From Candidatus Poribacteria bacterium (GTDB taxonomy: Bacteria > Poribacteria > WGA-4E > WGA-3G): a DNA stretch of 64,000 nucleotides. This document shows positions 1 to 9,381 of this stretch, piece by piece (position 1 is the stretch's first letter; every line of letters begins with the position of its first letter). The stretch covers positions 4,096,001 through 4,160,000 of the forward strand of contig OZ244048.1 in assembly GCA_965215265.1 (NCBI GenBank), given 5' to 3'. Below the pieces are notes generated by a model that saw only the letters and a list, made by a program, of their open reading frames with translations, searched no databases and had not been told where the DNA came from. The position numbers and the translations under genes were made by a program.

Positions 1-1041
1 AAAGCGCTTGGTTATCTCATAGCACCTTATGACTCATATCATAGCATCCATCATCCTCAGGAACCGGAAACCTGGGAGACAGCCCAATTTGATTTGGAAC
101 TTTATGAACAAGGCGCGATTGTGAATGCAGACGGCACAAAAAATAAGGGATTTAAGCAGAAGGGCTATCACTTGAGTCCTTTGGTAGCGAGGCCTTACGT
201 TGAAAGACGAGTTAACGATATTTTTTCAGTGATGCCGTCCGATTTTAATTCCTGGTTCATAGATTGTGACGCTTACGGAGAACTTTTTGACGACTATTCG
301 CCCGCACACACCGCAACCCAGTTCGACGATATGCAAGCACGGTTGGCACGGATGGCATGGATTCGAGACACCTATCAAGTCGTAGTCGGTTCCGAGGGCG
401 GTGCCGCTTATGCTGCAGCTACGCTCCACTTCGCGCACGGCATGATGGCACCTGTCATTGGATGGGGCGATGCAGACATGAAGGAGAAAGGTTCACCGTA
501 TTATATCGGGGGTTACTGGCCACCTGATGCACCTGCTATCCATGTCAAACAGGTACCCTTGAAACCACTCTATTTTCATCTCTATTTTGACCCAAGATTC
601 CGCTTACCACTGTATCAACTGGTCTTTCATGACTCCCTCGTGACAACAAATCATTGGGGCAGCGGCAGTTTGAAGTTTAAGGAGGCAGTAGAAACGTTGA
701 GGATGTTAGAGCTCCTTTATAATGTGCCGCCGCTGTATCACCTTAACATTGCAGAATTTTCAAAGCATAAGGAAACGATAAAGAAACATTATGCCTTCTT
801 TTCGCCGCTTCACCGGGAAATTGGCGGGCAGCCGATGACAGATTTTGAGTGGCTGAGTCAGCATCGACAGGTTCAACGCACCGAGTTTGCAGGCACCGTT
901 GAAATCTTCGCGAATTTCGGTACGGTTCCCTTTAAACATGTTAAACAGGTAAAGCTAGTGATTCCAGGGCGAACCGTTGTCGCACGATGGATTCAAACTG
1001 GAGATACTCAGATGTTCTCCATCGATTCAACCTTAGAATAA
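1..1041 (+). CDS. Glycoside hydrolase related to GH101/GH129 (5'-truncated by window edge)
   Basis: Frame is open from base 1 (KALGYLIAPYDSYHSIH...). Motifs FIDCDAYGELFDDYSP, VGSEGG and FRLPLYQLVFHDS resemble GH101-related (GHL) proteins. Confidence 0.6.
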   Translation, partial: KALGYLIAPYDSYHSIHHPQEPETWETAQFDLELYEQGAIVNADGTKNKGFKQKGYHLSPLVARPYVERRVNDIFSVMPSDFNSWFIDCDAYGELFDDYSPAHTATQFDDMQARLARMAWIRDTYQVVVGSEGGAAYAAATLHFAHGMMAPVIGWGDADMKEKGSPYYIGGYWPPDAPAIHVKQVPLKPLYFHLYFDPRFRLPLYQLVFHDSLVTTNHWGSGSLKFKEAVETLRMLELLYNVPPLYHLNIAEFSKHKETIKKHYAFFSPLHREIGGQPMTDFEWLSQHRQVQRTEFAGTVEIFANFGTVPFKHVKQVKLVIPGRTVVARWIQTGDTQMFSIDSTLE

Positions 1042-1237
1042 TGTATTAGTGACGGCAGCGGATGTGTGTTATTCAGTTCTGACGCTGGGACGCTGGTCGG
1101 CTCAATCTGGAAAAATAGCCGCATCTTCACAGCATCCGGAAAAAACGCATTTTAATTTGCAATTTCGGTTACAATAGGATATAATTAAGATATATACTTT
1201 AATTATAGAGTTGTGAGTATATACTTTAAAGTAAGCA

Positions 1238-1310
1238 TCCCCCATAGCTCAGTAGGTAGAGCAGATGGCTGTTAACCATCGTGTCGGCGGTTCGAGTCCG
1301 TCTGGGGGAG
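1238..1310 (+). tRNA. tRNA-Asn (GTT), copy 1
   Basis: Cloverleaf: acceptor TCCCCCA/TGGGGGA, D arm GCTCAGTAGGTAGAGC, anticodon stem GATGG-CTGTTAA-CCATC, T loop GGTTCGAGTCC. CCA not encoded. Confidence 0.97.
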
Positions 1311-1347
1311 TTTCAAAAGCGTTGTGAGTATATCATTAAAGTAAGCA

Positions 1348-1420
1348 TCCCCCATAGCTCAGTAGGTAGAGCAGATGGCTGTTAACCATCGTGTCGGCGG
1401 TTCGAGTCCGTCTGGGGGAG
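1348..1420 (+). tRNA. tRNA-Asn (GTT), copy 2
   Basis: Identical to 1238-1310, 110 bp downstream. Confidence 0.97.
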
Positions 1421-1715
1421 TTTCAAAAAGGGTTTGGTGGGTTTCCATGGGCTCATCAGGTCTCTTTCTCTGTTAGATTTACGGAGCCCATCTCCTTGTA
1501 ACCATCCGATCGAATTGATAATCTCTGCTTGCTGCTCTTGCATCATCACCTCAAGGAGTGCAGGTTTTCCTGCAGCGAGTGCCTCGCGTAACGCTGGCTT
1601 AAAGTCTGCGAGATTTTCCACCTTCCGCACGTATGCGCCGAACGCTTCTGCAAGTTGAACGAAATCCGGATTTTGCAAATCTGTATCAATGGTGCGTCCT
1701 TCGCCCCAGCCCGTT
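1382..1715 (-). pseudogene. C-terminal fragment of a thiamine-pyrophosphate enzyme (acetolactate synthase-like)
   Basis: GEGRTIDTDLQNPDFVQLAEAFGA...LREALAAGKPALLEV is the TPP_enzyme_C signature. The N-terminal part is absent and the frame breaks at a (TA)n tract at ~1716-1730. Confidence 0.75.
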
Positions 1716-1788
1716 GTATATATATATATAACAGAGAGACAGAAACGAAGTTGAGGGTGGCGGGGTTCGGTTTTCTTGTCCCAGTGGG

Positions 1789-1851
1789 TGGCAGGTAAAA
1801 GGTTATCTTGTCTCTCCTTTCAGGAGAGACAAAGAATACCGAACTTGTCAA
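1789..1851. repeat. ~62-bp palindromic mini-element (REP/MITE-like), copy 1
   Basis: Core hairpin TTGTCTCTCC-TTTCA-GGAGAGACAA with extended arms. Second copy at 29649-29720. Confidence 0.7.
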
Positions 1852-1859
1852 CCCACTAG

Positions 1860-2120
1860 GAAGACTTCAAGCAAACCGCGTATCTCACGATACTTGAGGA
1901 GACACCGAAATATGACTCCGGGCATCCGAGCGGTGCCAGTTTCATCACCTTTATCAAGTCAAAAGTGTGTTGCGGCCTCTGGAAACAACGCTGCGAGGAG
2001 TTGAAATACCACCCTTGCTCCCAGGACGAGGAGGGTTCCGACATTGCGGGTTTCCGCCTCGCAATGCCCCACTTTTCCGAGACGGAATTCAAATGTGACA
2101 TCTTCCCCGTTTTACGCTGA
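1860..2120 (+). pseudogene. Fragment of a sigma-70 family factor (region 2)
   Basis: Unannotated frame reads EDFKQTAYLTILEETPKYDSGHPSGASFITFIKSKV, resembling sigma region 2 (EDLxQ...KFD...FxTY). No start codon; preceded by TAG. Confidence 0.55.
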
Positions 2121-2181
2121 AAACGCTGAAGTTTCACTTTCCCTGCTACCGTGACTCGGCTTTCGCAGCTTCATAGCCTTT

Positions 2182-2643
2182 CTAATCGGCTTCTTCTTCG
2201 ACTTTTACAAGGGTTTTTTTCTCCCATTCTTCCAAAAAATTTTTCACTGCCACGGTTTCTTCACCGTCTGCGTCCCATTCTTCCAAAAATTCTTTCATTT
2301 CTTCAACCTTTTTTGCCACCCTTTCTTCAACAAGGGTTGCCAGCCTTTCTTCAACCTCTTTCTCGATGCGCTGTTTCCGTCTATCGCGATATTCTTCCAA
2401 ATACGCCAACATCAGACCTACTCCTTCCTTGAAAATTGTCAATAGTGTTGAAAACGATAGCACGTGGGGGACACGTTCCCAAACCAGGACGAGGGCAGCG
2501 TCCCACTTTTCGTTTTCATAAAATCTGTGATAGAGAACGATTGCAGCGAGCGCCAAAAAACCTACGACTGTAAAAAAAATCATCGCTTTTTCGGTACTTC
2601 GCGCCGTAAATAACGTAGTCCTCTTATTGCCAGTGTTTTCCAC
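2182..2643 (-). CDS. Hypothetical membrane protein with charged coiled-coil C-terminus
   Basis: 153-aa ORF with hydrophobic N-terminal segments and an E/K/R-rich tail containing a repeated (K)xFLEEW. Confidence 0.6.
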   Translation of the reverse strand: MENTGNKRTTLFTARSTEKAMIFFTVVGFLALAAIVLYHRFYENEKWDAALVLVWERVPHVLSFSTLLTIFKEGVGLMLAYLEEYRDRRKQRIEKEVEERLATLVEERVAKKVEEMKEFLEEWDADGEETVAVKNFLEEWEKKTLVKVEEEAD

Positions 2644-2744
2644 AGGTGTGCCTCAACCGTTACTTAAAAGATACTACATTTTGCCGAAGCTGTCAAACAA
2701 AAAGAGCCGATCACCGCTTCCGCCGAAAATACCCCAGCCAATGC

Positions 2745-3184
2745 CCCTTTGATGTCGCAGATACGGAACAGAATGTCCGCACCAAATCGTAGTTATCTAG
2801 CCTTATGCGTGATTACAAGACGCGACATCTGCCCATGCACCATCATTTCAAGTCATTGCCGAAGTCCTTTCTTCTTGGAATTCATGCCACTGCCAAGGTC
2901 TTTAAGAATTTCAGGATGCCATCCGTTTTTGTTACAAAAGGCTTCAAGAACAGCATGCTGACGATTGAGATGCGCCTTCCCATCGGGGCTTGAGACGCGG
3001 GCAGACGCAATTGTCGGATAGGATTTAGAATGCGATGCCAATAAGGCTTGTAGGCTATATAAGCGTGTTCCTTTCGGTGTGCGTTTAGCAGGCTCTATCA
3101 TTCCGCCTTCTTCCCACCGCCGAAGTGTCTGAGGATTAACGCCTAAAAACTTAGCCGCCTCGCCTCTTTTTACAAATCTATCAT
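2745..3184 (-). mobile_element. tnpA: IS607-family serine transposase (TnpA) pseudogene
   Basis: MerR-like HTH (EAAKFLGVNPQTLRRWE), ARVSS motif, DLGSGMN, RLVITHKAR*LRFGADILF. Frameshifted start and in-frame stops. Confidence 0.85.
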
Positions 3185-3240
3185 TCTACGGATATGATAA
3201 CACATTCAAACCAGAACGTGAAATAAAAATCTTACAAACG

Positions 3241-3293
3241 ATAGATTTGTATAAGAATGTATAAATTTGTATAGATTTATACAGATTTATCGG
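3241..3293. repeat. IS607 left end: five 10-bp direct repeats ending near GG
   Basis: ATAGATTTGT/ATAAGAATGT/ATAAATTTGT/ATAGATTTAT/ACAGATTTAT then CGG, just upstream of tnpA. IS607 ends carry such repeats. Confidence 0.65.
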
Positions 3294-3532
3294 CACTGCA
3301 GCTACCGTTACGGTTGTTAATCTTTGTGCTTTTTGAGGAAATTTTCCAACCATACATCCGGTTCGTGGCCGAGTCGCCGCAGTAGGCTGCATCCAACTCG
3401 CTTGATAAATTTGGGTGTTAAGTTAAAGAGTTTCAATTGCCAACTCATAAGACGACTCAATATACTTTTGCCAATAGACTAACTAACGTTCTCACACGTC
3501 GTAGTCGAACCCGTTTAACCGCCCGGGTTCGG

Positions 3533-4723
3533 TTACCGTCGTATCGCTTTGCCTGTCGCTTTATCAAAGAAATGGATGCGTTCCGGTACAAACTTGACGT
3601 AGATGAACGCGCCAATTTGCGTCTGGAAGTTCGGGGCGGCCCTGGATTTGAGAAGCGTATGCGTGCCGGCCGCATCTGTTCCAAGCGTTAACTCAACTAT
3701 GGTTTCTGCCCCTAGCGGCTCAACACTATAGACTTCCGCTCGAAATGCATTGGGTACCGCCTGATGACTGACCTGCACATCTTCAGGGTGTACCCCGAAA
3801 ATGGCTTCTCGGTTTTCAGGAGTTTTGCGAAACGTTTGTGCGACATCAGCATTCTCAATTGTTACCGTAGCGGCAGGGCGATCGAGGTTCGCTGTTACGC
3901 GGGGGTTGCTGCTGGGCTGGCTTCCATCTGGAATGTGAAGTGCGGCGGCTCTGAGCGTCAATTCGAGCTGCCCCTTGGTATTGGAAATTTCACAAGGGAT
4001 ACAGTTCATACTTGGACTTCCGATGAAACTTGCAACAAATAGGTTTGCCGGGTGGTTATAAATATCAGCAGGTGTCCCCAATTGCTGGATTTTTCCGGCT
4101 TCAAGTACTGCGATGCGGTCTGCCATAGACATCGCTTCAATCTGATCGTGCGTGACGTAGAGGGTTGTTGTCCCGAGTTCACGTTGCCGCCATCGGATTT
4201 CTGCACGCATTTCCATACGGAGTTTCGCATCCAGGTTAGAGATCGGTTCATCCATCAGGAAAACTTGCGGGCGGCGAACCATTGCCCGCCCTAAGCCGAC
4301 ACGTTGGGTTTCACCGCCACTCAACTGACTCGGCATGCGTGTCAGCAGATGCTCGATGTGAAGCATCTGTGCGATGTCCTTAACCCGCCGGTCAATTTCC
4401 TCTATCGGCAGTTTACGCGGATGCAAAGGAAACGCCATATTCTCGTAAACGGTGAGATGCGGATACAGAATATGCGATTGAAACACAAATGCCACATCGC
4501 GCACTGCAGGCGTTCGGTCGGTGACACATACATCGTTTAGGTAGATGCTGCCCTCTTCCGGCCTCGCTAAACCGGCGAGACACCGGAGGGTTGTCGTTTT
4601 CCCCGCGCCAGTCTGCCCAAGCAGCACAAAAAATTCCTGATCTTTCACAGCAAATGTGAGATTCTCTAAAGCAATCTGCTCGCCGAAACGTTTTGTCACG
4701 TTTTCAAATGTTACTGTTGACAT
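3533..4723 (-). CDS. Sugar ABC transporter ATP-binding protein (MalK/UgpC family)
   Basis: Walker A GQTGAGKTT, LSGGETQR signature, LMDEPISNLD, YVTHDQIEAM, C-terminal OB/TOBE domain. Confidence 0.93.
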   Translation of the reverse strand: MSTVTFENVTKRFGEQIALENLTFAVKDQEFFVLLGQTGAGKTTTLRCLAGLARPEEGSIYLNDVCVTDRTPAVRDVAFVFQSHILYPHLTVYENMAFPLHPRKLPIEEIDRRVKDIAQMLHIEHLLTRMPSQLSGGETQRVGLGRAMVRRPQVFLMDEPISNLDAKLRMEMRAEIRWRQRELGTTTLYVTHDQIEAMSMADRIAVLEAGKIQQLGTPADIYNHPANLFVASFIGSPSMNCIPCEISNTKGQLELTLRAAALHIPDGSQPSSNPRVTANLDRPAATVTIENADVAQTFRKTPENREAIFGVHPEDVQVSHQAVPNAFRAEVYSVEPLGAETIVELTLGTDAAGTHTLLKSRAAPNFQTQIGAFIYVKFVPERIHFFDKATGKAIRR

Positions 4724-4841
4724 AAATTCAGGCCTTTAAGATGCAGTGTAGCTGCAACCCAGAAAATATTTTGAGTGCATAAAAAAAGCGTGCACCATTC
4801 ATTTTGATACTCAGCATGTCTCTATTATCACACAAATTGCA

Positions 4842-5235
4842 ATTGAATATCCACAAAAAAGTGTCTCAGGGTGTAATTTACAATTCGCTTTCATCGTTAT
4901 CTGATTAAGTTCAATTGGCTCTTTTTACCCCCGGACTCAAGTCGGTGGGTGAAAATTCACCCGTTCAGATGGTATAGCAAGCCGTGTCTCGCTGAGAAGA
5001 GGGCAGCAGACGTGGATTCAATAAAAAAAGTTGGCATATTCCGGATTTTGTGTTATAATATAATAATAAGCGTTTTGTGACTCAATCTAGAAAACTTGCG
5101 AGCCCCGTAGAGTTGATTCTGTAATGGAAACGGATAATGAGACGTTATTTACCCCGTCCTTTAGTCTATATCGGTAACTTGTATAAATGTGCGATAAAAC
5201 TGGAAAAAAGTTGGATTTTTTTTCGCGTTTTATGA
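4842..5235 (+). repeat. ~0.3-0.4 kb promoter-containing direct repeat, copy 1 (others at 7032-7362 and 8935-9265)
   Basis: Starts ATTGAATATCCACAAAAAAGTGTCTC in all three copies. Contains TTGGCA/TTGACA-N17-TATAAT. Confidence 0.9.
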
Positions 5236-5303
5236 GATACTAAAGTTTGTAAATTTTTAGAATGAAGGATGAGTAGAGTAAAGCGAGTCAGGATGGAGGA
5301 GTT

Positions 5304-6446
5304 ATGCGCAGAGCAGGCGATGAAAAACCGCGCGGTGTCCGGGCGGCTTATGACGCACACTTCAAACAGAATCTCAACGCGCAGCTGGGGGAGAGACTCG
5401 GGCTGCCGATACAGGCAGAACTCGCCGTCAGCTACCTGCCTCTCACGATAGACATCTGCGTGATTTTGCGAGACACCGCTGACCGGGCAAACCTCCTCGC
5501 CGAAGAGCCGATTTTCCGCTATTTCCGAACGCATAATCTCATAGAGTTCAAAAGTCAAGCCGACGCGTTGACAGAGAGTGATTATTACCGCATCCAGGCG
5601 CGTGCGTGTCTTTATCTGGCTGATAACAGGCTTTCAAAGCAGGCACTCACCTTGACGATTGTCTCCGCCCGCTACCCTCGCGCACTGCTCTCGCGGCCTT
5701 ATTACAAGGGACAATGGAAACGCGTCAAGCCGGGACACTACCAGATAACGGAGACGTTTCCAGTGCATCTGTTAGTGTGCAACGAGTTGGCGCTGGTGCG
5801 AGAGAATTACTTGTTGCTGCCTTTTACGGCATCAGCGGAACAATTCCGTGCGTTTGTGAGGCAGCTAGTTGCAGAAGAAAATGAGCGCTATTTTAGATAT
5901 GCGTCGCAGGTCCACCCTCGAACATCATTGGAGATATTACAAATGGGAAAGAAACAGAACTTTTATGAAACCGAAATGCAAGCATTGGCAGACACATTCG
6001 GTGCCGAGATTCTGGCGAGAATTCCGCCTGCCGAACGGATGAAAGGACTCACTCCTGAAGAGCGTGCCGACATGTTAGCACGGCTGCCCGCTGAAGCCCG
6101 TGCGGACATGCTGGCCCGCTTGAGTCCTCAGGACCGGGCGGACATGTTAGCACGGCTGCCCGCTGAAGCCCGTGCGGACATGCTGGCCCGCTTGAGTCCT
6201 CAGGACCGGGCGGACATGTTAGCACGGCTGCCCGCTGAAGCCCGTGCGGACATGCTGGCCCGCTTGAGTCCTCAGGACCGGGCGGATATGTTAGCACGCC
6301 TGAGTGCCGATGAGCGCGTCAAAGGACTCAGCCCCGATGAACGGTTAGCCGGACTTCGCCCGGCGGAGATTCAGAATTTATCTCCAGAGGTGCGGGCAGA
6401 GCTTGTCCGGCAGCTGGTGGCAGCTGACAACGACAACGACACCTAA
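5304..6446 (+). CDS. Rpn-like PD-(D/E)XK nuclease with 12-aa C-terminal repeats, copy A1
   Basis: GGAGG RBS. YDAHFKQ...TIDICVI...HNLIEFKS (D...ExK). Tail of RADMLARLPAEA/RADMLARLSPQD repeats. Internal GGAG-N9-ATG at 5943. Confidence 0.8.
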   Translation: MRRAGDEKPRGVRAAYDAHFKQNLNAQLGERLGLPIQAELAVSYLPLTIDICVILRDTADRANLLAEEPIFRYFRTHNLIEFKSQADALTESDYYRIQARACLYLADNRLSKQALTLTIVSARYPRALLSRPYYKGQWKRVKPGHYQITETFPVHLLVCNELALVRENYLLLPFTASAEQFRAFVRQLVAEENERYFRYASQVHPRTSLEILQMGKKQNFYETEMQALADTFGAEILARIPPAERMKGLTPEERADMLARLPAEARADMLARLSPQDRADMLARLPAEARADMLARLSPQDRADMLARLPAEARADMLARLSPQDRADMLARLSADERVKGLSPDERLAGLRPAEIQNLSPEVRAELVRQLVAADNDNDT

Positions 6447-6513
6447 CGGAGAGCCGCCGTCCCTTGATACCCGCTCGCAGGTCCACCCTCGGACATCATT
6501 GGAGATATTACAA

Positions 6514-6891
6514 ATGGGAAAGAAACAGAACTTTTATGAAACCGAAATGCAAGCATTAGCAGACACATTCGGTGCCGAGATTCTGGCGAGAATTCCGCCT
6601 GCCGAACGGATGAAAGGACTCACTCCCGAAGAGCGTGCCGACATGTTAGCACGGCTGCCCGCTGAAGCCCGTGCGGACATGCTGTCCCGCTTGAGTCCTC
6701 AGGACCGGGCGGATATGTTAGCACGCCTGAGTGCCGATGAGCGCGTAGATATGTTAGCACGCCTGAGTGCCGATGAACGCGTCAAAGGACTTAGCCCCGA
6801 TGAACGGTTAGCCGGACTTCATTTATCTCCGGAGGTGCGGGCAGAGCTTGTCCGGCAGCTGGTGGCAGCTGACAACGACAACGACACCTAA
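6514..6891 (+). CDS. Stand-alone C-terminal-domain protein (125 aa) of the Rpn-like nuclease, orphan cassette 1
   Basis: Begins MGKKQNFYETEM with the same GGAG RBS as the internal start at 5943. No nuclease domain. Confidence 0.75.
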   Translation: MGKKQNFYETEMQALADTFGAEILARIPPAERMKGLTPEERADMLARLPAEARADMLSRLSPQDRADMLARLSADERVDMLARLSADERVKGLSPDERLAGLHLSPEVRAELVRQLVAADNDNDT

Positions 6892-6958
6892 CGGAGAGCC
6901 GCCGTCCCTTGATACCCGCTCGCAGGTCCACCTTCGAACATCATTGGAGATATTACAA

Positions 6959-7031
6959 ATGGGAAAGAAATAGAACTTTTATGAAACCGAAATGCAAGCA
7001 TTAGCAGACACATTCGGTGCCGAGATTCTGG
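6959..7031 (+). pseudogene. Truncated orphan C-terminal cassette 2
   Basis: MGKK then CAG>TAG at 6971. Cut at CGAGATTCTGG, where the promoter repeat resumes. Confidence 0.75.
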
Positions 7032-7405
7032 ATTGAATATCCACAAAAAAGTGTCTCAGGGTGTAATTTACAATTCGCTTTCATCGTTATCTGATTAAGT
7101 TCAATTGGCTCTTTTTACCCCCGGACTCAAGTCGGTGGGTGAAAATTCACCCGTTCAGATGGCATAGCAAGCCGTGTCTCGCTGAGAAGAAGGCAGCAGA
7201 CGTGGATTCAATAAAAAAAGTTGGCATATTCCGGATTTTGTGTTATAATATAATAATAATAAGCGTTTTGTGATTCAATCTAGAAAACTTGCGAGCCCCG
7301 TAGAGTTGATTCTGTAATGGAAACGGATAATGAGACGTTATTTACCCCGTCCTTTAGTCTATAAATGAAGATGAGTAGAGTAAAGCGAGTCAGGATGGAG
7401 GAGTT

Positions 7406-8278
7406 ATGCCTAGAGCAGGCGATGAAAAACCGCGCGGTGTCCGGGCGGCTTATGACGCACACTTCAAACAGAATCTCAACGCGCAGCTGGGGGAGAGACT
7501 CGGGCTGCCGATACAGGCAGAACTCGCCGTCAGCTACCTGCCTCTCACGATAGACATCTGCGTGATTTTGCGAGACACCGCTGACCGGGCAAACCTCCTC
7601 GCCGAAGAGCCGATTTTCCGCTATTTCCGAACGCATAATCTCATAGAGTTCAAAAGTCAAGCCGACGCGTTGACAGAGAGCGACTATTACCGCATCCAGG
7701 CGCGTGCTTGTCTTTATCTGGCTGATAATAGGCTTTCAAAGCAGGCACTCACCTTGACGATTGTCTCCGCCCGCTACCCTCGCGCACTGCTCTCGCGGCC
7801 CTATTACAAGGGGCAATGGAAACGCGTCAAGCCGGGACACTACCAGATAACGGAGACGTTTCCAGTGCATCTGTTAGTGTGCAACGAGTTGGCGCTGGTG
7901 CGAGAGAATTACTTGTTGCTGCCTTTTACGGCATCAGCGGAACAATTCCGTGCGTTTGTGAGGCAGCTAGTTGCAGAAGAAAATGAGCGCTATTTTAGAT
8001 ATGCGTCGCAGGTCCACCCTCAAACATCATTGGAGATATTACAAATGGGAAAGAAACAGAACTTTTATGAAACCGAAATGCAAGCATTAGCAGACACATT
8101 CGGTGCCGAGATTCTGGCGAGAATTCCGCCTGCCGAACGGATGAAAGGACTCAGCCCCGAGGAGCGCGTCAAGGCATTTCAGAGTTTGTCGCCGGCGGAG
8201 ATTCAGAATTTATCTGCGGAGGTGCGGGCAGAGCTTGTCCGGCAGCTGGTGGCAGCTGACAACGACAACGACACCTAA
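7406..8278 (+). CDS. Rpn-like PD-(D/E)XK nuclease, copy A2 (short tail)
   Basis: N-domain nearly identical to 5304-6446. Internal ATG at 8045. Repeat tract collapsed. Confidence 0.8.
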   Translation: MPRAGDEKPRGVRAAYDAHFKQNLNAQLGERLGLPIQAELAVSYLPLTIDICVILRDTADRANLLAEEPIFRYFRTHNLIEFKSQADALTESDYYRIQARACLYLADNRLSKQALTLTIVSARYPRALLSRPYYKGQWKRVKPGHYQITETFPVHLLVCNELALVRENYLLLPFTASAEQFRAFVRQLVAEENERYFRYASQVHPQTSLEILQMGKKQNFYETEMQALADTFGAEILARIPPAERMKGLSPEERVKAFQSLSPAEIQNLSAEVRAELVRQLVAADNDNDT

Positions 8279-8345
8279 CGGAGAGCCGCCGTCCCTTGAT
8301 ACCCGCTCGCAGGTCCACCCTCAAACATCAATGGAGATATTACAA

Positions 8346-8858
8346 ATGGGAAAAAGACAGAACTTTTATGAAACCGAAATGCAAGCGTTAGCAAACACAT
8401 TCGGTGCCGAGATTCTGGCGAGAATTCCGCCTGCCGAACGGATGAAAGGACTCACTCCCGAAGAGCGTGCCGACATGTTAGCACGGCTGCCCGCTGAAGC
8501 CCATGCGGACATGCTGGCCCGCTTGAGCCCACAAAACCGGGCGGACATGTTAGCACGGCTGCCCGCTGAAGCCCGTGCGGACATGCTGGCCCGCTTGAGC
8601 CCACAAAACCGGGCGGACATGTTAGCACGGCTGCCCGCTGAAGCCCGTGCGGACATGCTGGCCCGCTTGAGTCCTCAGGATCGGGCGGATATGTTAGCAC
8701 GCCTGAGTGCCGATGAACGCGTCAAAGGACTCAGCCCCGATGAGCGCGTCAAAGCATTTCAAGGCTTGTCGCCGGCGGAGATTCAGAATTTATCTCCAGA
8801 GGTGCGGGCAGAACTCGTCCGCCAACTGGTGGCAGCTGACAACCACACCGACACCTAA
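8346..8858 (+). CDS. Stand-alone C-terminal-domain protein (170 aa), orphan cassette 3
   Basis: MGKRQNFYETEMQALANTF..., with its own GGAG RBS and variant repeats (SPQN). Confidence 0.75.
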   Translation: MGKRQNFYETEMQALANTFGAEILARIPPAERMKGLTPEERADMLARLPAEAHADMLARLSPQNRADMLARLPAEARADMLARLSPQNRADMLARLPAEARADMLARLSPQDRADMLARLSADERVKGLSPDERVKAFQGLSPAEIQNLSPEVRAELVRQLVAADNHTDT

Positions 8859-9381
8859 CGGAGAGCCGCCGTCCCTTGATACCTGCTCGCGCGTCTACTC
8901 GCGGACAGGACATCAATCGGCAGCGAGATTCTGGATTGAATATCCACAAAAAAGTGTCTCAACGTGTAACTTACAATTCGCTTTCATCGTTATCTTATTA
9001 AGTCCAATTGGCCCTTTTTACCACCGGACTCAAGTCGATGGGTGAAAAGTCACTAGTCAGAAAAAAAAGTTGACATATTCCGAATTTTGTGTTATAATAT
9101 AGCAGGGTTTTGTGAGTCAATCTCGAAAACTCTCGAGACTCGTAAAGTTGATTCTGTAATGGAAACGGATAATGAGACGTTATTTACAACATAGTCTATA
9201 TCGGTAACTTGTATAAATGTGCGATGAAACGCAAAAAAAAGTTGGTTTTTTTCGCGTTTTATGATATAATATTATGATATAATGTAGTTAATAGTGTTTT
9301 TTGGTTCTATAACTTAGTCAGAAGACTATAAAGTTTATTGCATAACGTGTGCAATAAAGACTAAATAAGGAGTTAGATAAA

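Noticed and set aside
2650-2760. TnpB/omega-RNA downstream of the IS607 tnpA
   Set aside because: The element is truncated within tnpA and no RuvC/zinc-finger ORF follows.
5133-5151. Fur box in the triplicated promoter block (GATAATGAGACGTTATTTA)
   Set aside because: Left half matches but right half is poor compared with the five sites in the iron island; not called.
5166-5558. Antisense ORFs over real genes (e.g. 5166-5558, 7280-7660, 46876-47538, 48310-48936, 60199-60894)
   Set aside because: Shadow frames with no recognisable motifs; they recur only because the sense genes are duplicated.
6060-6360. 36/72-bp tandem repeats (also 8460-8750 and 14970-15350) as a CRISPR array
   Set aside because: No unique spacers, the repeats are in-frame coding units, and no cas genes are present.
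6403-6513. ORF-track N-terminal extensions MSGSWWQL... (also 8235-8345)
   Set aside because: They overlap the upstream gene end in another frame and lack an RBS; the RBS-linked ATGs at 6514 and 8346 are preferred.
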